Origin: Octopus sinensis
Lineage: Eukaryota
DNA length: 64,000 nt
Direction: 5' to 3'
NCBI RefSeq assembly: GCF_006345805.1
Contig: NW_021835989.1
Coordinates: 1-64,000 of the forward strand
Shown here: positions 1 through 14,100 of the stretch, in pieces
Layout of the letters: each line of letters starts with the position of its first letter
How positions within the stretch are numbered: position 1 is the stretch's first letter
Notes under the pieces: generated by a model
Told to the model about the DNA's origin: nothing
Seen by the model: the letters and a program-made list of their open reading frames with translations, nothing else
Databases searched by the model: none
Position numbers and translations under genes: made by a program

Positions 1-382
1 TAATTCTGTTGCTGTTCTAATCTAAATTGTTAAAATCTATTGAGATTGTTTTTTGGAAAATTTCATTTTCATAGAATTATACGCTCGAAATTCCAATATC
101 CAGAAATATAACCACTACTTATTAAAATATCAATATAATAAAATTGACATTTCATGTGGTTTCCTTGGTTGTTCTTATTGAACTTAATTATCGATAAATT
201 TTGTAAAGCTATATTGAATTAAAAGCTCTGCACTTATAAACTAAAACAATATATTATCATTAATATAATATGAACTTGCACATGATCAATACTGTTTATT
301 TTAATAATCTGTGGTTTTTAAAGTCATATTGACCGAAGCTAATATAATCAATTTCTTCGCAAAATCATCACATTTTATTTTA

Positions 383-3309
383 ATGACAGAGTTTGAATAA
401 TTTTATAACTAAAGTGGTTTGTTGAGTTATGTTGACTTTGATGTCTTCGGGAATGGATTAAAATATAAATTAGTTTCAGACTACTTTGACAATTTTATGA
501 AAATTACAGTAAAAGTGTAATTTTAAAAATCATTAGCCGCAAATTCCCCACATTACATGGGACTCGGTAAACGAACAGTTGAGGTTAGAAAAAAGTCAGG
601 ACTGTCAAATACAAGACTTGCAGCAACATATTCTGAAGAATCATGTAACTAAATATTACATCCCACAATTCCTGAAGTAATTTTTCAAAGCTAAGCTCAA
701 GTTCGGAAATGTTTTGTGAGTGCCTGTTGGCGTGGCATCTTATCAAAAATGTTAGGAAAAAAGTTCTCAAAAGTGCGACGACCAGGTTTTTCTGAAATTT
801 AAATATATTAGAAAATCCACAAATACTTTTACTCTAAAAAGTATCAATTACTTTATTAAAATTTTCAAGGGACTTATTCATTTCACATCCCGACAAATTT
901 AGGTAATAAACCAAAAAAAAAGTAACGTTTTCAAATTAATGTATTTAGATTGGGATCCGTGTTGGGTGACCGTATGTTGACAGTTTAATCACAAAAATAT
1001 ATTTTAGTTCTTGAAAATGCAAGAATTCAAATTATTTTTAAAATCTACAAATTATGAACATGTTTTCGACTTTTGGATCGAGTTAGAAATGTCTAGAAAA
1101 AATCGAAGGTTTGGGTTACTTGTGAATAATAAGATTTTATGTTAACGACAAATATAAACAATTTTTTAAAAAAGATTTCATCAAAAATAAACGACAACAA
1201 GTAAAGGTGCTGGAGAGGCTGGTAAAAGCTTTGAAAACGTTTTTCAATAATTATCGGTTTTATCTTAATTTTTTAAGTTTATAAGTGAAACTGAAACTAA
1301 ATCTGATCGCCTGTTATTGCATAATATGTGAAATCGGCTGAATTAAAAATTATCCGACAATTTGATATTATTAAAATCGAACAACTTAATTTCCAAGAAA
1401 AGGAAAAATCAATTTTCGAACTTGATCCAATGCCGGTAGATAATCTATTGTTTCTCGATTATTATATTGGTCAGCCATTCATGAACTATTTACTTAAGTA
1501 GTAAATCTTAATCTAAATTTACAGCAATTCAAAAGAAAACTACTATAAATTATATGAGAAATTCACTCATATTTAAATAATTCGAAATTAAATCCTGTCA
1601 TATATCACACGAAACGATTTTCTTAATTTATACGACAAAATCGCCTTATTTGAAAAAATCCAAATTACACATTTTTTGAAGAGAAAATAGATAAAGAAAA
1701 ATTCATAAATGTTAAAAATCTAAAAAGATATTTTTGTGTCTTAAAGAAACACATTTACAAAGAGTGGAATGAATATTTGACTTTTACGAGGTTCGATAAA
1801 TTATAACAATCAAAAATTATTTAAATTAATTTATCTAGAAAAAATATTTTCAACCACCCAATTACACAAATATCTAACCAAAAGGTAAAATCTTGTGAAA
1901 AACCTGACCCCTCCACCCCAGAACGTGTATGTAAATCTATTCATTCACAAAAATCCTTCTTACACCAAAATAAGAGTAACTCTGAATGGTAAAAAGGTAA
2001 TACGACAAAGTAGGCCACTGACGGACTACATGATATATTTGAAAAAACGTGGCTCAAATAATTTGTTGTCGTTGCTAGAACTAAATGACATGATAAATCG
2101 GTACGAAGACGAAACTATGCTCGGTTCTTCTGAAAAAACCAAAAAAGAAATCAAAAAGTATTACATTCAAAAATAAAACCCAATTCTGTGTGATATAATC
2201 AAATACAGGATGTTGTGTAATCCAGACAGCCCGAGCTATGTCGAACTGCCAGATCACATTCAAATGCTTTACAAAGATACTTCTAATCCTTTCGATTCAA
2301 AAATACTAAAGCAAATACAGTTTTATATATTGGAAAAAAATCGTGATGTTTTCAAACAATACGAGGTATCTAAGTGTAATATAGCTCAGCAAGATTTGGT
2401 GAAATCAACCGGACTTTTAGATTCGTCTCAAGTCATTGATTATCGGTCGAAAAAAAATTCGAGCAGTTGTTTAATCGCAAATTAGACTCAAAACCCCAAA
2501 AGAGTTTCGAAAGTATTCAAAGGGTACATGATTTGACTAATTTAGGAATCAAAGAAAGACGAAGATTTAATTTTCTCCAAAAAAATAAGACAAAACTCAA
2601 CAACCCCAAGATTTGTTGAGTTTTTGTACTCAAATGTGGCAAACAAAAGCCAAGAATTTGAATTATTTGAAGAATTTATTCGAAAATACTCTTTGATAAA
2701 GAACATTCAATATTATAACTATCTTCACCTCTTCATTGAGTTATATAAACTTAAAGTAGCCCAGAAGTATCATTTTAGAGAATCGAAGCCGCAAAAACCG
2801 ATCAAAAAATCGTCTTGGACAAAGCTAGAACAATCTACCAATGTTGTGTGAACACAGGAATACTCGAACAAACTCAGGTTGTTGCAGAGAATAAATCCTA
2901 GACGTTAGAATGCAATAAAATTTATAAAAAAATTCTTGCTGGATTTGAGAGAGCTTCGACATTGCCAACAATAAGTTCAATTTTTGATAATGTACTGAAA
3001 ATTGCCTGTGTAAATCTGAACAAATTGTGGAATGAATTTCAAACTAAACAAAAAAAAAGTTTCTGTATAATTTCAAATTTTTTAAGTAAATCGCCTTTAT
3101 CGGGGGATGTTTTTAAAAAAGAGGAAGGAGAGTCGCCAATCGAAGGCTGAGGTCCATGATTTGCCGCGAATTTCTTTAAAAAATGAAAAAATTATCATTC
3201 GTTTGACTTTAGAAAATGGAATGTGTATTCAGGTTTGTTTGTTAAAATATTTTAGAAAATAAATGAAAAAGGAAACGAATATTTTGTTAAAATTGATTCT
3301 CAAATATAA
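383..3309 (+). CDS. RGS22: RGS22-like multi-RGS-domain protein, split by many micro-introns
   Basis: Manual splicing from ATG 383 gives MTDGLLSYVDFDVFGNGLKYKLVSDYFDNFMKI...YYIPQFLNSEMFCECLLAW (resembles the RGS22 N-terminus), an RGS-type FKLFLKSTNYEHVFDFWIELE motif near 1030-1090 and PDSPSYVELP...FDSKILKQIQFYIL near 2220-2330. The last exon ends VKIDSQI* at 3309. Not every internal exon was traced. Confidence 0.6.
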
Positions 3310-3399
3310 TTACAACTATTTTTGATACTAATAAATTTAGACAAATTTTATGGCCAATTTGAAAAAAATCAATTCTTAAAATTTAAAATAAACGCGTTT

Positions 3400-3990
3400 A
3401 AAATGTCGGACTAAGTTCGAGAAATACATGCAGGACGAAACCGCGATTCCCGTCGGCCAGCTGAAGCTCGACTTTAGAGCCAAGGCCAATTTCCTCATCC
3501 GCGTTGGGATCACAGGTGGCTTAAGCCATATCCGATGTAAATGGAGAAAGCCCCCTCCATGAAATGTTTCCGGAGCCCCTATTTGGGCACATGTCCCACA
3601 AGTGCACCGAGAAACTGCATTAATTTTAACCATCTCAGCCACCTGACTATCCAGCCTACTGTATGGGATAGAAGGGTGGTACTACTCACAGCAATTAAGA
3701 AAAATCCTGAAGAAATGCGAAAAGTTACGACGCTATGCGCTGAAGCTAGCCTATAGGCTAGAACCACGGGGCTTATTCTCAAGCTGGACAAAGGCTATGT
3801 CTCTGGCGATGACGCAGGTCATTTAGGAATCAATCTGGACTTTCCGGAGATGATTTCTGGTGACCGACCTATTTATTGATTGGACTAAATTGTTAGCAGA
3901 CTAACCCGGACATCAGAAAGAAAAACGGACGTCTACCCCTAGCAGTCGTCTCAAAATATTATTCCGTCCTTATGCAGTCAATTTCTTTGA
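3400..3990 (+). mobile_element. Degenerate non-LTR retrotransposon (LINE) 3' fragment
   Basis: GC-richer island. Segment ccagcctactgtatgg...ggtactactc...gctagcctata is shared with 8245-8340 and 52437-52539, which encode the RT C-terminal motif LLYGMEAWYYS. Confidence 0.6.
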
Positions 3991-5029
3991 TTGTCTAACA
4001 ATAAAACCCTTCATTCATTATAACCACCCACAGTCACGGATAATCTACAAAAAGGACAATTTAAATATTTCGTTTTCTAGAAATGTCTATGCTGGAATTC
4101 TAAAGTAGATTATTAGTAGAAAAGTTAAAATTTGTATTGAGACCAAATCTTTTATTTGATATGAAATAAGCAAAATAAATCCAAAGGCATAAATATAAAG
4201 ACGGTTAGAAAATTTATGTGTTCGCATACTTTTGATGTGAAACACTGATTAAACGGACCAGAGACCTAATTTATAGATCTGTACCGGAGAGAAGTTGATC
4301 AGAATAAAATTTCTGGTTATTTTCTATACAATCCGTAATCCGCGGCAACTGCTTCGCAATCCGTGACCTGGGAGGGCGCCCTAAACTGCGTAGTCTTCAA
4401 CAATCTTTCTCCTTTTTCTAACTGCCATAAATTAACTAATAAATTAATTGTTTAAAAAAATTGTTTTATTAATAATTTTAAAGCTAAATTGACGCTATAG
4501 AACACACTGGAAAGGCTTCTTTGTAATCGAATAAGAAAAAAAATATTCCAGAAATATAATGATTCTCATTTATTCTTCAAAATCATTCAAAAAATGGGAA
4601 TTAAAAAATCAAGTATTCCTCTTCTATTTTCTACTCTTGATTTCGTGCTAGGAAATTTTTATTTTAAAATGTCAAATTCAAAATTATATGTCTGATGCAT
4701 CTTTGTACCTGTTTAGACAAAGTACTATGTTTTGTTTCAGCTATTCAATCAGAAAATATATCAGTAAGGCCTTACAATTATGCATTTGAATAGAGTATAC
4801 AAAATAAGGAGTTTTGTATCAAAATATACATAATTGTGCTTTAAATTAAGTAATCTGTTGTTTAATGAGGAGGAAAATCGAAATTAGATCAAATAAATTT
4901 GAAAGAAACAAACTAATCACTAGGGCAACATTTTTATTGACTTAAAAAATAAAAATTGCCTTTAAAAAGTCAATTTAATTGACCTTAAAATTTTAAAAAT
5001 TGACTGAAAAATTTATCTAAGAAATTTTT

Positions 5030-5530
5030 TTTCATTTTATAAGATAGAATAGATTAAAGTCAAAATATTTAGGAGGACAAAATGGAATGGCAATTCCCGC
5101 GCAAGATAACTATTGATATGCGTTGGAAAAGCCATGTCCGTTCTCGATGATCGTTTTTCCTTCTGCTTGCCAGATTCCCCAGTTTGATGAGAAATTTTTT
5201 AGTCCTGGGACCGAGGACACCTGACGTCTCCACTGCGACCGGGGCGAAGATATAACGGTGCGATATGGCGCCGTATTTTTTGATCTTCAGCGTTTCTGCC
5301 AGGTTAGCTGCGGAGCCCGGCTCTGAAGCTGACGTCAAGATGTTCCCGGCGGAGAAGGTATCCGTACAAGTGGCGTCCCAAATGAGAGGCTTTCCATTTT
5401 CAAATGGGAAGGTCGTTAGACCATCAGGACGTTTACCATCCTCCCGAGCCAGCCCGACCGGTTCCAACTGTGAAGGGAATCCGGCAGTTTCCAGAGTATG
5501 CTTGACTATGTCGTTCAGAGCAGTATGTCG
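5030..5530 (-). mobile_element. 5'-truncated CRE-like non-LTR element, restriction-like endonuclease (REL) domain
   Basis: RHTALNDIVK...EPVGLAREDGKRPDGLT...IWDATCTDT...AETLKIKKY...FAPVAVETSG...QRISIVILRGN, a PD-(D/E)xK REL C-terminus. Confidence 0.85.
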
Positions 5531-5539
5531 AAAAATTTT

Positions 5540-6423
5540 TATTTTAAAAAAAGGCTGTTAGTAGAGGGTATAATTAAGACATTCGGCATTCCTGCCTTTT
5601 CAGTCCCGCACACACGCTCGCCTCTCAGCCGCGAACTAAGACCTACCGCCATACCTGGCACCCAGACATTATCTTCTCTAAGACCTCAGGGAGGCCTTTG
5701 AGGGACAATTCCTGGGTGTCCGAGAGCTCCTCTCGCCATCCTAAGCCATGGGCTAGCCGGATGGCTCGTCTTCTGACTTTCTTGAGCGCGTCAACGTACT
5801 TCTCCCGGTCCTCGCAGAAGTGCCAGGCATGAACGCCATAGGTCAACACGGGTAACACCATGGCGTTAAACACGCGTAGCCAGGCACTTCTCCGCAGCCG
5901 GAAAGCACGCAACGCGCCTAATCGCTGCATTGCACGCATTTTCGTACGTGCAATGTGATCATCAAACTTATCGGACGGCTTAAAGAGCACGCCCAAATAA
6001 GTCATCCGATCAACTGCAGCAATTGCTGACACATTCAGCAATAACCTAGGGACGTAATTAGTGTAACCCCTCGTCCTTCTACAGACTTTGAGGACACTGC
6101 ACTTGTCCGCACGCATCTTTAGACCCCTACTCCCACACCAGTTTACAAATTCATCCATTGACTGGCATGGGCGCAGAAGCCATAAAGACATTAAAAAGCG
6201 TGGGACTCAGCACAGAGCCCTGAGGGACCCCGCGAAGGACTGTTCTGATTTTAGAAAAGACCACCTGATGCCGCACGACCTGTCCGCGAGATTCAAGGAA
6301 CCCCGACAGCCAGCGTCTTAGACACAGAGAAACCCCACACGTGGCGAGGGAGCTTTGGAGGCCGTCGTGCCACACCGAGTCGAAGGCCTTTTAAATGTCA
6401 AGACTAACTAACATACCACACTC
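5540..6423 (-). mobile_element. 5'-truncated LINE reverse transcriptase (jockey/CR1/L2-like), degenerate
   Basis: LDI*KAFDSVWHDGL, GVPQGSVLSPTLFNVFM, YLGVLF and VLPVLTYG motifs. The YADD region is missing; there is an in-frame stop and a frameshift. Confidence 0.85.
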
Positions 6424-6461
6424 TTTGCTTCTCGGCCTTTTGGCTAAGATCAAAGTGTAGT
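6424..6461 (+). pseudogene. U2: U2 snRNA 5' fragment (about nt 1-38), truncated in the branch-point recognition sequence
   Basis: gcttctcggccttttggctaagatcaaagtgtagt matches the conserved U2 5' end. The expected continuation ATCTGTTCT is absent. Confidence 0.9.
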
Positions 6462-6951
6462 TTTTTCGTTTTTAATTTTTTAGCTTAAATAATTAAAGTT
6501 TGAAAAATGAACTTACATGCCAATTGAATTTTTTGGTGTTAAAAAAGAGGCATTTCCTTTTCATGCCCCATGCAACCACTGAGGGCTGCATTCAGTCAGC
6601 CGCCTTTTTTGTTTTATGACCTGACCTTCTTAGCCTGTAGCATTTTACAGTAGCATGAAAGCAGGGTTTACGAATTGCTATCCATATGGCCATACAGCCA
6701 TAGACAATTTACTATTAAATTACAAGTAAAAAGCTAATCAATAAGAGTTTTAGTCTGCTACAATATATTAATTAATTCGCCAATCATTAGTTAATTCTGG
6801 GAAATGAGCTGTTTTATTTCTAATTCAGATCATTCGCATGTTTTTATATTTCTATTTTCCTATACATCAGTAAGGTTTGATTGTCCTCTGATATTAGAAT
6901 AAACGTTTCTTTTATGTATTCCCATTTGTACAGCTTACCTTCTATCACGAC

Positions 6952-9218
6952 ATTAATTTATTTAATTAAACGTTCGTGATTAAATAAAAAAACGACTTTG
7001 AATGAGTTTTCGATTAACAGATTTTAAAAAACACTTTAAAAGTTAAAAGCAAATTATCACATTCATTAACACAATTGACCACAAATCGACGGTGAAATTA
7101 TAAAAATTTTCGTAGAAATATTAACTATTTATTAAAGTTTTTCGTAAACATACAATTTATTAGAAGTATGCTTCTCTTCCTAATCTATTTTGTTATTCAT
7201 AAATATTTTTTTAATAGACAACGAGAGGAGGGAACGAAGCTGCAGAAAAGAAATCTAAGCTTATGTTATTTAATTAAAATTGTTGTTTTATTCAGAAAAG
7301 AACAAAACAGATTATGAACTTTGGTTAATAGAGCACAAGAGACACCTGAACGGATGCATTTTAAGCGTTAGTCATGTCAGCGAAACTAAGATTAGTTATC
7401 AGCCGTCGGAAAATAAAGAAGCCTACAGGGACTTACACGCGTTCCTGGCGGACCTGTTCTTTACATAAGCCTAAGTTACCGTCCCATAAGCCTAATTCCA
7501 ACCATCTCAAGGCTGATTAAAAAATCATGGTCAAGCGCCTTGACTTCCTCGCCGAAGAAAAGAAAGTGCTTCCCCCACAGCAATGGGGTTTTTGTTCTAG
7601 GCGGGGCTGGAGTGACTGTTTCCTAACGATTCAGTCCATAGCCTCGGGAGCAATGGAGTTCAAAGAAACTCTATCTATCATAGAAATTTCAAAGAAATTC
7701 GACTGACATGGGACCTATTGAAGAGGATCCAACTCTGTGAGCCAACAGAAGAGGCCTTCTTCTGCTTGCTGTGCTTCGTCACGAACCGCCATTTGATTCC
7801 AAATCGGGCTTTTGCTCAAGAAACATCACACTCCAAAAAAGGGTCCCGCAAGGTTCCTGTGTCAGTCCACTTCTATTCTAATTTGGTAGTGAGTTGTTTC
7901 CCTCACCCTCTTCTTGTCTTCTACATCTCGATGAACACAATTTCCTTGGAAAAACGACTTTCTAGTTACATCAAGGATATTATTAAAAGATAAAGGATTG
8001 CTGCGTCAGAAAGCGACTCTCGCTGACCATTGATAAATCAGCGTATTTCCTAATTAACGCAAGGAAATCGCCAAATCATAGATCCGGCGAAATTAATTGG
8101 CTCAGCTGTATACGCTACCTGGGGCTTACAATACTGCTTGCATGTCAAGAAAGAGAGAGGGAAAGCCATCTCGGCTCTGCCTTTAAAGAGGTATGCACTT
8201 GGACCCAAGAACCTTCCAGTTTGTTTTCCACGCAACCATTTTGCCAGCCTACTGTATGGTATGGAAGCATGGTACTACTCGAAACAATACCAGGAAAACT
8301 TGCTAAAACGTGAAAAAATACGGCGCTAAAGCTAGCCTATAAGTTAAACTCAGGAAACCCAGTCCCAAGCTGTGCGGAGACGAAGTCGCTTTAAAAAATT
8401 CTACTGAAGTGATTCTCTACCGTAATGCATGTGCACAATTTTTGATACATGAAAAATACTCGAATTGTGCATAGAAAAAAACTCGGATTTATCGTAAAAT
8501 TATCTAAAAAATAGATTTATCCCTTGAGACAAATCTAAGCCTTTTTGCATATTTGCAAAAATTGTCATTTCATAATATTTTCGTGAAAAGTTAGAGAAAT
8601 ATAGACATAACTGTGAATGGAGAAAATACGATTTTCTATATTCAGTAAAAGAAAGATTTAACCAATTTTAATAACAAAATCGTGTGTCTGCGCACCAACT
8701 TCAAATAGGAAAAATACAGATCAAGTGTGAAAATCCATTTCTCTTATAATTAGCTAATAATGGGGAACAAGTCCAAATGATGAGGTCTTCCAATAACCCT
8801 CCACGCAAAAATCGAACATATTAATAATAGCCTCGATGAGGTCCTTGTAATTTTCCCGACAAAAATTATTTTCTCATTTTGGTTAAAATGAACAACAAAG
8901 ATGTCCTCGACCTACATGATTAGGTCCTTAAAATACCGGAAGAATATCTAAGGAAAACGGCTCCGCGGTCGGTCAGAAAGTGTGTTGACTCAAAAGTCCA
9001 ACACATAGAAAAGTTGAGGACATTCCTTTGTATTGTCGGACTCACCTAATTAATTTATTTAATTAACTGTTTGTGATTAAATAAAAACGACCTTGAATAG
9101 AGCGTGCAAATAACAGATTTTTAAAAACACTTTAAAAGTCCGTTTATTAAAAGTATGTCTCTTTTCCTAATCTATTTTGTTATTCATAAATAATTTTTAA
9201 ATAGAACACGAAAGGAGA
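6952..9218. repeat. Diverged dispersed direct repeat (6952-7230 and 9050-9218)
   Basis: Shared blocks ttaatttatttaattaa...gtgattaaataaaaa..cgac...aacagatttt..aaaaacactttaaaagt and cctaatctattttgttattcataaa. The second copy lacks an internal segment. Confidence 0.75.
7400..8400 (+). mobile_element. Degenerate LINE RT remnant
   Basis: VLPPQQWGFCSRRG, a frameshifted GVPQGSCVSPLLF-like segment near 7840, and LLYGMEAWYYS near 8250. Confidence 0.7.
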
Positions 9219-10659
9219 GAATACAAACAATCACTAATTATTCTCAAAAAACGATTTTCAAAGACATCGTGGTTGGAGCTATGATATTTGACCTAAATTC
9301 TACGCACAAGTGTTAGACTTTATTTTCAGAGCCTTCCCTCTGACCTAAAGGAAAAACTCTCCTTCTGACCAGTGCGCATGCGGACCATGTTTCCAATCAG
9401 ACAGACGTCTTCATATACTTGAAGTCAAAATAGCTAAAGAATAAAATATTTTATTTACACTCATTTCTAAATAGTGTTCTATTTTAGCTTTTCGACACAA
9501 TTGGAGTCTGTTCAAAAACTGAAACCATTCTTAGAACATGAAATACGTAGTAAACAAAAAAAACATTCCAAAAAGTTAAATTTCCAAGAACAAAATAAAC
9601 TAAATGCATTTAACTTCATATTTTTCCTTAGAATTCTTGTCACTAAACCAATAAGTGAATTTTCTATCAAATCAACTACAGGCAGCACCTATTCACTTTA
9701 AAATAAAAAATATATAACCCATGAACACCATCATTTGTTACTGCATAGAGGGCACCATTAAAACTTGGATAATATCGACACGATTCAAGCCAGGGAGATC
9801 CTTTTGAAAGGTTCGACTGCCCACAATGAACGGACTGAGACGACAATGTCCCAGGGTCAGATTCAAACTTTTAATGTTTTGCATTGTGTCGTATACAGGG
9901 TTAATTTTTAATTAAGTTTTAATAAAATCGTTAACACTAGAAATTGTAATCAGAAAATATTAAAGATAGTATTAATCATAAAATCCGAGTCAAATACACT
10001 GCATAGGGAACAATATCAAATTGACTTTTAAAAATTAGAGTTTGGTTGAGGTTGTCTTTCGAAATTAAATTTTAACGTTAGAATATTCATATCTCAAATT
10101 TTAAGTTCTCGCAAAAATTTTAAGCGTTTACTATTATTATTTTAAATTGGAAAATTGATTATTTTAAAATGAAAACCCTCTAAATATACCCTCTATAATT
10201 GATATTAATAAGATTTTGATGCGGTCCATTAATATGCCGGGTCCATTAATGAGCCGGTGAGATTCAATTTTCTTGTATTTGTAAATATAATTGTTTGTGA
10301 AAAGTGCTTTTGTGTTTCCTTGTGTTTGTTCACAAAAAATATTTTTTGCAGATTACGGGTAACTCCAATAATTTACAAAAAAGTATTTCATTTGGTGTAA
10401 TTGAAAATTCTTTAGGATATTTTTCACAAATATTTTTAGCTTTTTTAAAATCGGAAGGCTTATTTTTAGGCATACTATAATTTAGTTAAAGATTTGTTAT
10501 AATAAAACAAAATTTAAAAATTGACCTAAAAATTCCAAAAATTGGCCAAATTGATCAAACAAACTTTGTATAGAAACCTTTTTTGGACATTTTTAATTAA
10601 TCATTATTTTTAGACTAAAATCTAACTCTGAATTGAAATATCACCGTTGATTACCAAAT

Positions 10660-10825
10660 GTTCGGCGGCAACCATTATATCTTGTAATCAATGAGTCACT
10701 AAGAGATCGGGTCTCAGATGTCTACATTCACAGGCAACGTTCACGAATCGAGATGGTTTTTTGAACGGGTACCTCTTACGACTGTACGCTCTAACTCTTT
10801 CTAGATTGCGTCAGCATCCGCCTGG
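10660..10825 (-). mobile_element. Possible NeSL/Utopia-type REL endonuclease fragment
   Basis: With one frameshift reads DAILERV...FVNVACECRHLRPDLLVTH*LQDIMVAAE, similar to the REL pattern RH..IL....LRPD.....D....E. Short and degenerate. Confidence 0.35.
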
Positions 10826-11107
10826 CAAAATAATATTTTTAAATTCTCGTTTACTTAGACTAATAAGAAAATAATCAAAAAATGAGTCATTTAATGACGC
10901 AATCAAAATGCATTATTTATGGCAGCAGTTTGTGTTTAGCAGCATACAAAAATTAGATTAAAAATATTATTTGAACAATAAATTTTTTATACACACATAG
11001 ATTGATTATCTATTGGAAAAATACAAATTTATTTTTCTTTAGTAAAACCTAAATCTAGTAGCTTCAATGAAAACAAAAAAATACAAAAAAAGTTAAAAAA
11101 TAGAAAC

Positions 11108-14100
11108 CTAAAGTCCCCTCAAGTCTGAAATATTAGAACTGGTGATAACCGAATATCCTCTAGCAAACATAACAACACCACAAACCTAAAATCCTTAGAA
11201 ACACGATAAAAGGAGTCACAATGGCCAGTCCGACTCAACAACTCAACAAATTCCTCATCGTGTGTAATCACTATGAGCTGGAAATTCCTCTGCTGGTGTC
11301 TACTACTCAATATTCTGCCCAATATTATTGTTCAACTCAACTCATTCAACGCATAAGCCAGCCCCTCAATGTTCGCACTGTCCAGGTTACTCGTCGGCTC
11401 GTCCAGTGCCAGAATCCCACAATTTATGCAGAATGCCTCAGCGAGAGCCAATCGGATGATAAGAGAAGACAACATCTGCCATAAATATACTCCCCTCGAC
11501 CTTCTGTCCTGCACTACAACGCCCTCTCATATCAATGGCCATATCGCCCTTAAGCATGACCACTCTGTAGTTAAATTGGCGACGTTTTATCTCCAAAGGG
11601 GACTTTGAGTCCGTCTCGACTTGATATCTCAGTTCAATGCTCTCAATATCTCCAGTTACTAACTACTCCCTACCATTGCCCTTGTAGATCGACCTCCACA
11701 ACTCTCGGATTATCTTATTCAGTTCTTCCATCTTCTCTTGGTGATATATCCCCACACATTGATCCAACACTCGATAAAAGTCGTCCAAGTCCTGACATAC
11801 ATTCTCACATATTCTGAGACTTGCCAACGTCCTTCTATACTCCAATTCGGCATCACTATAGTCCTTCTCGAGGGTTGTCCTCATTCGGTCCACATCCTCT
11901 CTGAGTGACTCCAATCTTGTCCCCAATTTTATTCTCTGTCACTTCAATTTCCACAATTACTTCGCCTGATAGGATCTGCAGTTGAGTCCAATTTTTTGAT
12001 ATTTCGGACTCCAAAATGTCTCCGTTTTCATCCGAGAATGTCCCCAATTTGTCCTTCCATTGTTCTAACTCATTTTGAGTCTCTTTTAGACGGATATTTT
12101 CAGTTAAAGTATGTCGGATTGTCTTTTATGTAAATATGTATATATTACGTCGTAATTGGACAGCTCGTAATTTAATTTGTCAAGTTTTGTGGAAATGATG
12201 GCCCTTTCTTCCGTATTACGTAATAAATTGAGGTTAATTTGGTCAATCTCTCTGCAAATGGACTCCAGTTTTGGCTTTGAGTCAGTCTCGTACCTTCAAA
12301 TGACACAAAATGTAATCACTTTGATATTTTTTTGTCCATATCTACAATTATTTCCAGATTTGACTTTATAGACTGAACTGAATTTAAAAGTGACTCTGTT
12401 TTATGACGTCTCTGAGTCAACGATTTGTCTCTCTCCGTAGCTGCCGATTCCACCTGGCTCTGAAACCCTATTTTATGCCCGAGTACCTCCAATTGAAGTA
12501 ACTCGGCTTTTAAATCAACACAAATCAATTTGTTTTTATCCATTTCTGAGTTTAAAGTATTTTGTTCAGATTTTAGTCGGTCAATGATTGACACTCCTTC
12601 CACAACACGTAATTTCTCATTTTCAAGTTGAGCGATATTTAGTTCAAGTTGTGATGACATTTTATTTGCTGATTGTATTAGATTATAATCCTCTTCTATT
12701 TTCTTTCTCAATTCACATCTAAACAGTATAAAATCATAATAACACAATTTTTCTTCCACTATAGATTTGTTTGTGGAGTCGTCATCGGTTTCTTGTGAGT
12801 CTTTTAGTTCTTCCTGAAGACTCTCAATCTCCAATGACAGAGAATCAGTCTCCAGTCTCAATTGATGTAGTAATGTAATATCCTTTAGCAATATCTTTCC
12901 CATTCCTTCTCTTTTCTTTAAGGACATTTCCATAGAATCAATCTCCTCTATTTTTAACTTATAATCAGCCAATTCTCCATTATTAGTGGCTAAATCCTGC
13001 CTTAGTTTTGTGACTTGTCCACCCAATTCATTCATCTAAATTACTCATTATTCCCTTACTAGATCTCTACGTGGAATTAGCTGTTGTAGGTGATTATAGG
13101 CTATTCGTAATTCATTCACTTTCTCAGTCTTTTTGCTAATTTGTCTGGGTATTGCTTTAATTCGAGTATCAAGCTATTAGGTTATAATATTATTTATACT
13201 TCATCAACAATATCCGCCCGTTCTGTCTCGGAGGCAAAAGGTCTGTGGCAGAGAGGACAGCTCCTGTCGCCAGATTTCAGAGAGCAAATATAGTTCTCAA
13301 AATGATCTTTACTTCCTGCTATAAGTCCGAGATCTCTATAGGATTGTTATTAATACTCCACCCTTCCAATGTCCGCAGTTGTTTACTGAGGGTATCTTCA
13401 TATTCTTGCATATCTACTGACCCACACATATCGAATATATCTTCTTGTACTCCTATATGTTGGGCTTATAAGGCAATACTGTTTATTTCTTCTCTTTTTA
13501 ATTTAATTTGAGTTCTATTAATTTGATAATAATAATAAATTACGAAATAAAAGTTATATTCGCTTCTAAAGAGGAGATTTTTGATTTTATGTCACCTCTG
13601 AGTGCTGCATTGGCAGAAAGTGAAACACTTAATTCTCTAACAAAATATTCCCGCGTAAATTACTCTAGAACATTCTGTAGGTTAACCAGTGCAGAAATTC
13701 TTTCTAGTGGTATTCCAGTAACCTGTTTATACATTTCCTCATACTTGTCAAATCTAAATAAAAAATAATTTATACATGTTCTTAATATTCTCACATTTAT
13801 CAGCCTGTTGCTTCATTAGTAGAGAGAGCTGAGTCCTGCTGGCTGAGTGACGGTTATTTTGCTTGACTTTGGCTGTTATTTTGATATAGTCTTGCTCATA
13901 TCTCGATTTTTCCTCGTTCAGATATGATAGACGAGATTCAGCCAGTTCTACATCATTCCTCGACTGGACAGACCTCAATTCCTCTTGCTTTAATATAAAA
14001 ATATATAAATCATACCAATAAAGTCAATTGGATGTCAATATTTGTCAATTTCTCCCCACTTTGGTCTAATTCAGCCAATTCTAATATTATACTGTCCAAT

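Noticed and set aside
2158-2208. Non-canonical intron or premature stop in the RGS22-like gene
   Set aside because: A canonical 51-nt GT-AG intron removes the TAA and keeps the frame.
8700-9045. LTR-retrotransposon RT remnant (decayed YVDDI-like motif on the minus strand)
   Set aside because: Too degenerate to support a call.
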